A DNA stretch of 64,000 bases from Macrostomum hystrix (taxonomy: Eukaryota; Animalia; Platyhelminthes): the NCBI GenBank assembly GCA_950097015.1, contig CATNEN010000041.1:2976001-3040000 (forward strand), in the 5' to 3' direction. Of this stretch, positions 44,215 to 55,000 are shown piece by piece. Position 1 is the first letter of the stretch; the number at the start of each line of letters is the position of its first letter. A program made the translations under genes and the position numbers. Under the pieces are notes generated by a model that worked only from the letters and a program-made list of their open reading frames with translations, had not been told where the DNA came from and did no database searches.

Positions 44215-47200
44215 GGAGAGTTAAGGGGATTTGACTGGGGAGTTGAGAGGATTTAACTGGGGAGTTAAGGAATTCGACTGGGGAGTTGAGAGGGTTTAAC
44301 TGGGGAGTTAAGGAATTCGACTGGGGAGTTGAGAGGATTTAACTGGGGAGTTGAGAGGATTTAACTGGGGAGTTGAGAGGATTTAACTGGGGAGTTGAGA
44401 GGATTTAACTGGGGAGTTGAGGGGTTTTAACTGGGGAGTTGAGAGGATTTAACTGGGGAGTTGAGAGGATTTAACTGGGGAGTTAAGGAATTCGACTGGG
44501 GAGTTGAGAGGATTTAACTGGGGAGTTAAGGGATTCGACTGGGGAGTTGAGAGGATTTAACTGGGGAGTTGAGGGGTTTTAACTGGGGAGTTGAGGGCAT
44601 TTAACTGGGGAGTTGAGGGCATTTAACTGGGGAGTTAAGGGATTCGACTGGGGAGTTGAGGGCATTTAACTGGGGAGTTGAGGGCATTTAACTGGGGAGT
44701 TGAGGGCATTTAACTGGGGAGTTGAGGGCATTTAACTGGGGAGTTGAGGGCATTTAACTGGGGAGTTGAGGGCATTTAACTGGGGAGTTCAGGGCATTTA
44801 ACTGGGGAGTTGAGGAGTTTTAACTGGGGAGTTGAGGGCATTTAACTGGGGAGTTGAGAGCATTTAACTGGGGAGTTGAGGGCATTTAACTGGGGAGTTG
44901 AGGGCATTTAACTGGGGAGTTGAGAGCATTTAAATGGGGAGTTGAGGGCATTTAACTGGGGAGTTGAGGGCATTTAACTGGGGAGTTAAGGGATTCGACT
45001 GGGGAGTTGAGGGCATTTAACTGGGGAGTTGAGGGCATTTAACTGGGGAGTTGAGGGCATTTAACTGGGGAGTTGAGAGCATTTAAATGGGGAGTTGAGG
45101 GCATTTAACTGGGGAGTTGAGGGCATTTAACTGGGGAGTTAAGGGATTCGACTGGGGAGTTGAGGGCATTTAACTGGGGAGTTGAGGGCATTTAACTGGG
45201 GAGTTGAGGGCATTTAACTGGGGAGTTCAGGGCATTTAACTGGGGAGTTGAGGAGTTTTAACTGGGGAGTTGAGGGCATTTAACTGGGGAGTTGAGAGCA
45301 TTTAACTGGGGAGTTGAGGGCATTTAACTGGGGAGTTGAGGGCATTTAACTGGGGAGTTGAGGGCATTTAAATGGGGAGTTGAGGGCATTTAAATGGGGA
45401 GTTGAGGGCATTTAACTGGGGAGTTGAGGGCATTTAACTGGGGAGTTCAGGGCATTTAACTGGGGAGTTGAGGAGTTTTAACTGGGGAGTTGAGGGCATT
45501 TAACTGGGGAGTTGAGGGCATTTAACTGGGGAGTTGAGGGCATTTAACTGGGGAGTTGAGTGCATTTAACTGGGGAGTTGAGGGCATTTAACTGGGGAGT
45601 TGAGGGCATTTAACTGGGGAGTTGAGGGCATTTAACTGGGGAGTTGAGGGCATTTAACTGGGGAGTTGAGGGCATTTAAATGGGGAGTTGAGGGCATTTA
45701 AATGGGGAGTTGAGGGCATTTAACTGGGGAGTTCAGGGCATTTAACTGGGGAGTTGAGGAGTTTTAACTGGGGAGTTGAGGGCATTTAACTGGGGAGTTG
45801 AGGGCATTTAACTGGGGAGTTGAGGGCATTTAACTGGGGAGTTGAGGGCATTTAACTGGGGAGTTGAGGGCATTTAACTGGGGAGTTGAGGGCATTTAAC
45901 TGGGGAGTTGAGGGCATTTAAATGGGGAGTTGAGGGCATTTAAATGGGGAGTTGAGGGCATTTAACTGGGGAGTTCAGGGCATTTAACTGGGGAGTTGAG
46001 GAGTTTTAACTGGGGAGTTGAGGGCATTTAACTGGGGAGTTGAGGGCATTTAACTGGGGAGTTGAGGGCATTTAACTGGGGAGTTGAGGGCATTTAACTG
46101 GGGAGTTGAGGGCATTTAACTGGGGAGTTGAGGGCATTTAAATGGGGAGTTGAGGGCATTTAAATGGGGAGTTGAGGGCATTTAACTGGGGAGTTGAGGG
46201 CATTTAACTGGGGAGTTCAGGGCATTTAACTGGGGAGTTGAGGAGTTTTAACTGGGGAGTTGAGGGCATTTAACTGGGGAGTTGAGGGCATTTAACTGGG
46301 GAGTTGAGGGCATTTAACTGGGGAGTTGAGGGCATTTAACTGGGGAGTTGAGGGCATTTAACTGGGGAGTTGAGAGCATTTAACTGGGGAGTTGAGGGCA
46401 TTTAACTGGGGAGTTGAGGGCATTTAACTGGGGAGTTGAGAGCATTTAACTGGGGAGTTGAGGGCATTTAAATGGGGAGTTGAGGGCATTTAACTGGGGA
46501 GTTGAGGGCATTTAACTGGGGAGTTCAGGGCATTTAACTGGGGAGTTGAGGAGTTTTAACTGGGGAGTTGAGGGCATTTAACTGGGGAGTTGAGAGCATT
46601 TAACTGGGGAGTTGAGGGCATTTAACTGGGGAGTTGAGGGCATTTAAATGGGGAGTTGAGGGCATTTAAATGGGGAGTTGAGGGCATTTAACTGGGGAGT
46701 TGAGGGCATTTAACTGGGGAGTTGAGGGCATTTAACTGGGGAGTTGAGGGCATTTAAATGGGGAGTTGAGGGCATTTAACTGGGGAGTTGAGGGCATTTA
46801 ACTGGGGAGTTGAGGGCATTTAACTGGGGAGTTGAGGGCATTTAACTGGGTAGTTGAGGGCATTTAACTGGGGAGTTGAGGGCATTTAACTGGGGAGTTG
46901 AGGGCATTTAACTGGGGAGTTGAGGGCATTTAACTGGGGAGTTGAGGGCATTTAAATGGGGAGTTGAGGGCATTTAACTGGGGAGTTGAGGGCATTTAAC
47001 TGGGGAGTTGAGGGCATTTAACTGGGGAGTTGAGGGCATTTAACTGGGGAGTTGAGGGCATTTAAATGGGGAGTTGAGGGCATTTAACTGGGGAGTTGAG
47101 GGCATTTAAATGGGGAGTTGAGGGCATTTAACTGGGTAGTTGAGGGCATTTAACTGGGGAGTTGAGGGCATTTAACTGGGGAGTTGAGGGCATTTAAATG

Positions 47201-47570
47201 GGGAGTTGAGGGCATTTAAATGGGGAGTTGAGGGCATTTAACTGGGGAGTTGAGGGCATTTAACTGGGGAGTTAAGGGATTCGACTGGGGAGTTAAAGAA
47301 TTCGACAGGGGAGTTGAGGGGATTTACCTGGGGAGTTAAGGGATCTCACTGGGGAGTTGAGGATCTCACTGGGGAGTTGAGGATCTCACTGGGGAGTTGA
47401 GGATCTCACTGGGGAGTTGAGGATCTGATAGGGGAGTTGTGGATCTCACTGGGGAGTTGAGGATCTGATTGTGGAGTTGAGGATCTCACTGGGGAGTTGA
47501 GGATCTGATTGGGGAGTTGATCTCACTGGGGAGTTGAGGGGATTTACCTGGGGAGTTGAGGATCTCAGTG
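44215..47570. repeat. 22-bp G-rich satellite, about 3.3 kb, between the WSC paralogs
   Basis: About 150 units of CTGGGGAGTTGAGGGCATTTAA, with divergent variants at both ends. Confidence 0.97.
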
Positions 47571-48176
47571 GGATTGGATTCGTTAGATTAAGTAATTTAG
47601 TAATTTGGAATTTGCGGCAGGAGTTGACGCAGGAATCTGCAGGGCAGACAAAGCTTCAAAGTGTAGCTGGCCATTTTGCTTCACGGAACGATGACCTGCA
47701 TTTACACTTGTTTTCCTATCTCTCATCTTCTCCCTGATGTTTTTGTAGCCGAGGTGCGGAGTGGCCGCATTCTGATGAAAGGCCTGTGACACCGACCTGA
47801 CTGCCAGGCCAGCTAATGCTAGTGTGTAATCAGTGATATGAAACATGTAGGCGTTGGCAGAGTCTGCTCAGCCTGGCACTCGCATTTTGTGCTGAGCAGA
47901 CATGGCTGGCCTTTCTAACACCACCCCTTTGGCTACAACTGAGAGATAAAATACAGTTTTAACCTGCTCAGGCATTTGAATAATTAGCTGATTGTTGAAA
48001 TATGTTGGTTATTATCAGTCCAAAAGCAACACTCGAGCTGGCATGGCAACCAACCGACTATCTGCCGAGCTTAGTCTTTAAAAATAATCACAGGCACGCC
48101 AGTGTTGACCGACATCTTTCTAGCCGGACCTCGATCTACTCACATTAGTTTGCTCGCGCTCAGCAACTCAGCTGGC

Positions 48177-48966
48177 ATGACTAAGTTCGCCAAACCACCA
48201 CCGCTGCTGCTGGCTGCGGTCCTGACCTGCCTCGCCTGTCTGGCCGCTGCCCAGCAAGGACGTAAGGCTTTGCCAGCCCGCAGACAGCCCACGGAGCTAG
48301 GAACCCTGGTCACTTTAAACACTTCAGGCACATGTCCCATAAACTGGCTACTAGCCCTGCCAATCCTTTAAACACTTCAAGCACATTTCCCGTCCTCCCA
48401 CAGTGTCTTTGTCGCATTCATTATCGTCAACCAGCTATCAGCTCAAAACGTTCCCACAGAATCAAGCGAAAAGTATTCATACATCGGCTGCTTCGGAGAT
48501 ACCACTCGGCGTGACCTGTCTAACTACGTGGCACATAGCCGCATGTCCATCGAGTACTGCTACAGGCAGTGCGACCACCTGCGCTACAGGTACTTCGGCC
48601 TCCAGAGCGGCCATCAGTGCTTCTGCGGCAACACCTACGGACTCTACGGTCAGAAGAGCGAGCGGGAGTGCAACATTCGATGCAACGGCAATCGGGATGA
48701 ATTCTGCGGCGGCCGCCTGCGCAACTGTATCTACGAGATCCGCGTGGTGAGTCAGAAGCATTCAGAATTCTGATTGGCTGCTTGCCTTTGTGAGGGATTG
48801 TGAGGCTTTCTGATGTACATACGAGTACATAGCTGAGGTTCTGATTGGCTTATTAATTACATATATATAGCTGGGTTTGGATGGGCTGCGCTTTTCACTC
48901 AGTGCACTCACACTCTCAAATCACAAATCTCAGGAGGATCAGTGCGACAGGAGACTGGGCAATTAG
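48177..48966 (+). CDS. Small secreted WSC-domain protein, paralog 2, 3 exons, 134 aa
   Basis: Exons 48177-48261, 48460-48746 and 48934-48966 (EDQCDRRLGN*). Same intron phases and same 287-nt middle exon as paralog 1. Confidence 0.88.
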
Positions 48967-49276
48967 TTCCTCATCTTTGGAATGGACGAGCTGCACAACT
49001 GCCCGAGAGACAGTGGCACAAGTACAAACTAAAACCTGCACTGTTTAGTTGTTTGTTTTTCTCTATTTGTTTGCTTGAGTAAATTTAAAAGATTTTTTTG
49101 ACTGGGCACACAACAAAAATTTTACACTTTCTGGTCTTCTTTTATTATATTTGTTAATTTTATTATTATATTTGTTACTATTGTTCATGATAATAAACTA
49201 TAGAACTCATACTGTTGAATTCGCCATTGGAATATTGTCAGGTACTGCATAGCAGGTCAGCAGTGTTACTAATTTC

Positions 49277-49910
49277 CAGATTTCGCAGGCGCTTCACGTC
49301 AAGCAAATCCCATGATCCCAGATCTCGCAAGTGCTTCACGTCAAGCAAATCCCATGATCCCAGATCTCGCAGGCGCTTCACGTCAAGCAAATCCCATGAT
49401 CCCAGATTTCGCAAGTGCTTCACGTCAAGCAAATCCCATGATCCCAGATTTCGCAAGTGCTTCACGTCAAGCAAATCCCATGATCCCAGATCTCGCAGGC
49501 GCTTCACGTCAAGCAAATCCCATGATCCCAGATTTCGCAAGTGCTTCACGTCAAGCAAATCCCATGATCCCAGATTTCGCAAGTGCTTCACGTCAAGCAA
49601 ATCCCATGATCCCAGATTTCGCAAGTGCTTCACGTCAAGCAAATCCCATGATCCCAGATTTCGCAAGTGCTTCACGTCAAGCAAATCCCATGATCCCAGA
49701 TTTCGCAAGTGCTTCACGTCAAGCAAATCCCATGATCCCAGATTTCGCAGGCGCTTCACGTCAAGCAAATCCCATGATCCCAGATTTCGCAAGTGCTTCA
49801 CGTCAAGCAAATCCCATGATCCCAGATTTCGCAAGTGCTTCACGTCAAGCAAATCCCATGATCCCAGATTTCGCAGGCGCTTCACGTCAAGCAAATCCCA
49901 TTATCCCAGA
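49277..49910 (+). repeat. 42-bp minisatellite, about 15 copies (left member of an inverted pair)
   Basis: Unit TTCACGTCAAGCAAATCCCATGATCCCAGATTTCGCAAGTGC. Confidence 0.95.
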
Positions 49911-50034
49911 TAGAGACAGCACTCCACTACAGTACTGTACAGTTCACAGAAGCCAGAAAATATTGTGATGCAGTCAATAACAAATTTTGAAGCCAATTTT
50001 GTGCAGGAGTGAGCGGTTTAAAGTCTCAGGTACT

Positions 50035-51635
50035 TCAGTCAATGCTGAACGGGTCCAAGCACTCGCACACTGCGTATTTCACACTGCGGCCCGACCACTG
50101 TTTCTGCCTGATCACGGTGACATTGTTTCGCAGATCCAGCAGATCCAGCACGGATTTATTGATGGCCTCTTTGCAGGGCTGCCACAGCCAGCGCAGTTCT
50201 CCGTTCAGGTAGCCAAAGTAGCCGCTAAGGTAGGCCGCCTCCACTTGGTGCTGTTTCAGGAAGTCCAGCAGGTCGTTGGCCTCTTCATCGCTGTTGACGT
50301 CCGCGAACTTCACTAGGCCGGAGCTGAGCCGGCACTCGTACATGCCGCCCAGCCAGCCCTCGAGGTATTCGGCCACAGACACCAGCTGGAACCGGGAGCT
50401 GCCGAACCGCTTGCCAAGGAACCCGATAGGGCACATCGGTGAATGACGACTGAACGTGGCCATGGGCGTCCAGCGCAGCCAGACGTTCTCGGTTATCTCA
50501 CAATTTGGGATGATTAATTTCTCCGAGCAGGCGTTGAAATTGAAGAACTTGCAGACCTTGCGGCCCAGTTGGAAGCCACGGCAGTTAACCTGGTCCCAGC
50601 ACTGCCTCGCGCAGTTCTCAGTTGCGCCCAGGTGCTTGAATTTGCCGGCGGCTTGCTCTTGCTGAACGAAATGCCTTTGCAGGCATGAATTCTGCTTTAC
50701 GAAGCCCCGTTCGGACAGAACTGGATGGGGAGTATGAGGGGAATCATCAGAGCTTCAAGCTGGACTTTTGCCAGGACTTCTGACACAACCCAGCCTGTGG
50801 GAGTGACACAATCCAGCATGTGGGAGTGACACAACCCAGCCTGTGGGAGTGACACAACCCAGCCTGTGGGAGTGGCACAACCCAGCCTGTGGGAGTGGCA
50901 CAACCCAGCCTGTGGGAGTGGCACAATCCAGCCTGTGGGAGTGGCACAACCCAGCCTGTGGGAGTGACACAACCCAGCCTGTGGGAGTGACACAACCCAG
51001 CCTGTGGGAGTGACACAATCCAGCCTGTGGGAGTGACACAATCCAGCCTGTGGGAGTGGCACAATCCAGCCTGTGGGAGTGGCACAATCCAGCCTGTGGG
51101 AGTGACACAATCCAGCCTGTGGGAGTGACACAATCCAGCCTGTGGGAGTGACACAATCCAGCCTGCGGGAGTGGCACAATCCAGCCTGTGGGAGTGGCAC
51201 AATCCAGCCTGTGGGAGTGGCACAATCCAGCCTGTGGGAGTGGCACAATCCAGCCTGTGGGAGTGACACAATCCAGCCTGTGGGAGTGACACAATCCAGC
51301 CTGTGGGAGTGGCACAACCCAGCCTGCGGGAGTGGCACAATCCAGCCTGTGGGAGTGGCACAATCCAGCCTGTGGGAGTGACACAATCCAGCCTGTGGGA
51401 GTGGCACAATCCAGCCTGTGGGAGTGGCACAATCCAGCCTGTGGGAGTGACACAATCCACCCTGTGGGAGTGACACAATCCACCCTGTGGGAGTGGCACA
51501 ACCCAGACAGTGCAAGCTAGCTATAGTTGAAATCTTACGCATAGCCGTACGATGGTCGGGCTGTAAATTTTGTCCGCACGCGAGCATTGCCAAGTAGCAA
51601 AGAAGCCAGAGTTGGTTCAAATTGGTGGCTTGCAT
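50035..51635 (-). CDS. Secreted protein with PAN/apple-like and C-type-lectin-like domains, 2 exons, 272 aa
   Basis: Exon 51635-51503 encodes a signal peptide (MQATNLNQLWLLCYLAMLACG) and joins in phase 1 to exon 50720-50035. CARQCWDQVNCRGF...CKF is PAN-like. CPIGF...W...C...ADVNSDEEAN.L..FL...YLSG...WLW is CTLD-like. Confidence 0.78.
50785..51502. repeat. 23-bp minisatellite filling the PAN/CTL intron
   Basis: About 31 units of (C/T)CCAGCCTGTGGGAGTG(A/G)CACAA. Confidence 0.95.
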
Positions 51636-52014
51636 TGCTGTTCGATCACTCACAGGTGAGTATGGTGCTAACTTTTAAAGGTTTATTTTTGTTGTACTCT
51701 CAGGTCTAAACAATCTAATGGTTGTTGAATGAGTCCTTGTGTTTTCTGTAGGAAATCGATGAAAGCATGCAGTTAAAGTGTTTTCAACCTTACTAACAAA
51801 ACTTATACTTTGGTCCCTGGCCCAGACTGGTCGCAAAGTGGAAAGTTAAGAACAAGCAAGAAACTGTATTCTTTCAACACATTTTCTCGCTCTATTTTGT
51901 CTAATGTGCAACCCAAGTTTAAATATACCTTATTGCTTCCTATTTGGTTTTTACTGCGTCCATTTTGGTGCGTTGCAAATAGCCCAGCAGAAGTCATGTT
52001 CACCATAGACTAAG

Positions 52015-55000
52015 TGTCAAGACTCAAAGGAAGCTTCTTATAGCGAATATAACGAGTGTATTTGGGTTAAAGCCGCGCGTGCGAATAAGCCGTGTAGTCA
52101 CTCTTACGTTTAGCTTGGGGGGGGGTAAAAGGGGTGCAACAGTTGAGGCGAAGCTTAGCTTAACGGGACCATAGACAGAAAAAGAAGAGAGAAAGCCGTT
52201 AGGGCCGGGCTGCTTTGACACTGCACAACATGTCTCCCTCCAGTCAAATGAAACAAAACAACGAGCGCATGTGGCTATTTTTTGTGGCTATGTTAGTCTT
52301 ATCGGGAGGGCAACATATCAACCGTCACAGTGTCAGGGTGTGTATCGGTCTGGCTGTCGCCGATTTCGGTCACCCCTGCGCGGAACTTGATCTGCCACCG
52401 GAGCCGGTGGTGTCGGGGTTTCATTGGGAGGCATGTCTGCCGGCGGCTCCAGACTTTCGTCCTCGTCGTCCTCAGAAGTGCGTGAAAGCATCGGGGCAAT
52501 CTGATTGTTGCTTGCCAGACGCAGTTTGTCGTCCGTCAGCAACCAGGATGTGTTGCGCCCTTGGGTCATGAGGAACTCTGCGCCTCGGGACGGGGTGTGG
52601 TCGGTGGCCTTGTATACGACCTGGTCACCTTGTTGGAAAGCCGAGACAACAGGTACGCGAAGTCGTCGACCGAACACGAGCTCAGCCGGTGTCTTTGACC
52701 TTGCACCTGACGAGTTGCGGTGGTGAAGCAGAACCTTCTGCAAAAACGCAATGAAGTCAGAGTGGGTCAGTCTCTGTGTCCAGGCCTGCAGGGCCCTCTT
52801 GACAGTTTGGACTGCTCGCTCGGCCGCACCATTAGATTGTGGCGAGTAGGGAGGGGTTTCCATCTTTCGGGCGCCGTTGGCATGCAGCCAGGACAGCAGG
52901 GCATCAGACGTGAATTCCGGTCCGTTGTCGGAGACCACCACCTCTGGGACTCCAAATCTCGTGAATACAGTACGTAACGAGCAAATAACCCTGTCTGCCG
53001 TCCTGTCGCGGGATGGAAAGGCTTCAATCCATCCGGAATAGGAATCCACTACAATGAGAATGTTGCCCACCTCGGGCACGAAGGCCCAGTCCATGTGGAT
53101 GCGCTGAAATGGAGCATCAGCAGGTGGCCAAGCATCTCGGGACTTCTGCAGTCGGGGCCGCAGGCTGCTGCATGCAGCACACTGCCGCACGAATCGTTCC
53201 ACGTCGTGCTGCATGCCGGGCCACCAGCAGGACAGCTCCAGGAGGTGGTAGCTGGCAGAAGTACCGCTATGAGTGTCGTGAATCGCATCGAAGGCCTCTT
53301 TCCGGAGACGCGGAGGTATGAATGCGCGCCGGTGCATGTAGAGGAGGCCGTTCTCGATTGTTAGAGCTGCTGCGTTTCTCTTGAAAGCGGCCTCTGCTTG
53401 TGTGCAGTTATGCCAGTCGCCATTGCGTACGCGACGTATGATGCGCTGTAGCAGTGGATCAGAATCAAGTTCGCTAGCGATCCGTCGAGGATTGATAGTA
53501 GGGGATTCAAAGGCAACTGAGTTGATTGCCTCGAATGCGTCGGCCGGGTCTTGACTGTCATTATCAAACGGCAGACGAGAAAGCGCATCGGCATGCGGAA
53601 TGCGCGATCCGGGAACGTAGACCACGCTAAAGTCAAATTGCATCAGGTAAAGGGCCCAGCGACTGATTCTTGCCGATGAACTCATTGGTATGCTGCCACC
53701 GAAAAGCCGTAGAAGAGGCTGATGATCCGTCTGTACCGTAAATCGTCGGCCTTGGAGGTAGTGTTTCAGGCGACAGACGGCCCAGAAGATGGCGAGTGCT
53801 TCCCGTTCAATGTTGGAATAGCTAGTCTCGGCCTTGGACAGTGTCCTAGAGATAAAGATTACAGGGCGTCCTTCCTGGGTAACAACGCCTGCCAACGCTC
53901 CTTTAGAGGCATCTGTTGTGAGGGTCACCTCCTTCTCCAGGCTGTACGGTTGTACTATTGGTCGTGATGAGATCTCCTTCTTGAGATTCTCGAAAGCGCG
54001 AGCACATGCTTCAGACCAGACAAACGGCGTGGATGCCTTGCGCAGTTCGTTCAATGGGGCGACCTTGGCGGAATAGTCAGGAATCAAGCGGCCGAAGAAA
54101 TTCACCAGACCGAGAAATTGCTCGATCTCCTTCTTGGTCTTCGGTGTCGAGATGTGGCGAACTTTGTCCACGAGCTTATCATCGGGCCGAATTCCAGCGG
54201 CAGAAATTTCGAATCCAAGGAATGAAATCGAATCGCAAATGCCTGTACATTTGTCTTCATTGACCGTTACCTTTTTTTCGGCCAGGCGCGTTTTGACTGC
54301 TTTCAGACGCTTCTGGAGTGCTTCAACGTTCTCAGCATAGACCATGATGTCGTCTTGATAGATCAGTAGTCCCTTCAAGTCGGAGAGGATGCTCTCCATT
54401 GTGCGTTGAAAAATGAATGAAGCGTTTTTCATGCCCATCTGAAGGCGTTTGACGCGGTATAGGCCTCGCGAGGTATTGATGATAGAGATGCCTTGGGCGG
54501 ATTCGTCCAGCTCGATCTGCCAGTAAGCCGACCTCAGATCAATCTTGGCAAACTTCTTGGCATTCTTTAACTTGCCAAAGAGGTGCTCGATGCTTGGAAT
54601 AGGGTATGACTCTGGCTTTATTTTGTCGTTCACATGGACCTTGTAATCGGCGCACATGCGCAACGTCCCGTCCTTCTTCTTGATCCAGACGACCGGAGAA
54701 GCGTTGCTCACAGGACCCTCCACAGGCTCGATGATGCCAAGCAGCTGCAGCCGGTTCAACTCTGCGTTGACTTGCTTCTCTAGTGCGATTGGAACCGGAC
54801 GAGCACGGCAGAACTGGGATCGAGCGCCTTCAACCAGCTCCATCTGTGCCTTGATGCCCTTGATGGTGGGCAGCGTTGTAGCTGCAACTGTGGGGCTCGG
54901 AGCTTGAGAGTTGGTGTGAAAGAGAGAGTCGGAATCTAAAAGATCACGGCCAAGGAGGCCGAACGGCTTCAAAGACGAAACCACGACGAATTCGGCGGGG

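Noticed and set aside
43987-47846. Short ORFs flanking the 22-bp satellite as exons of a hidden gene
   Set aside because: No matching donor/acceptor pair or recognisable protein.
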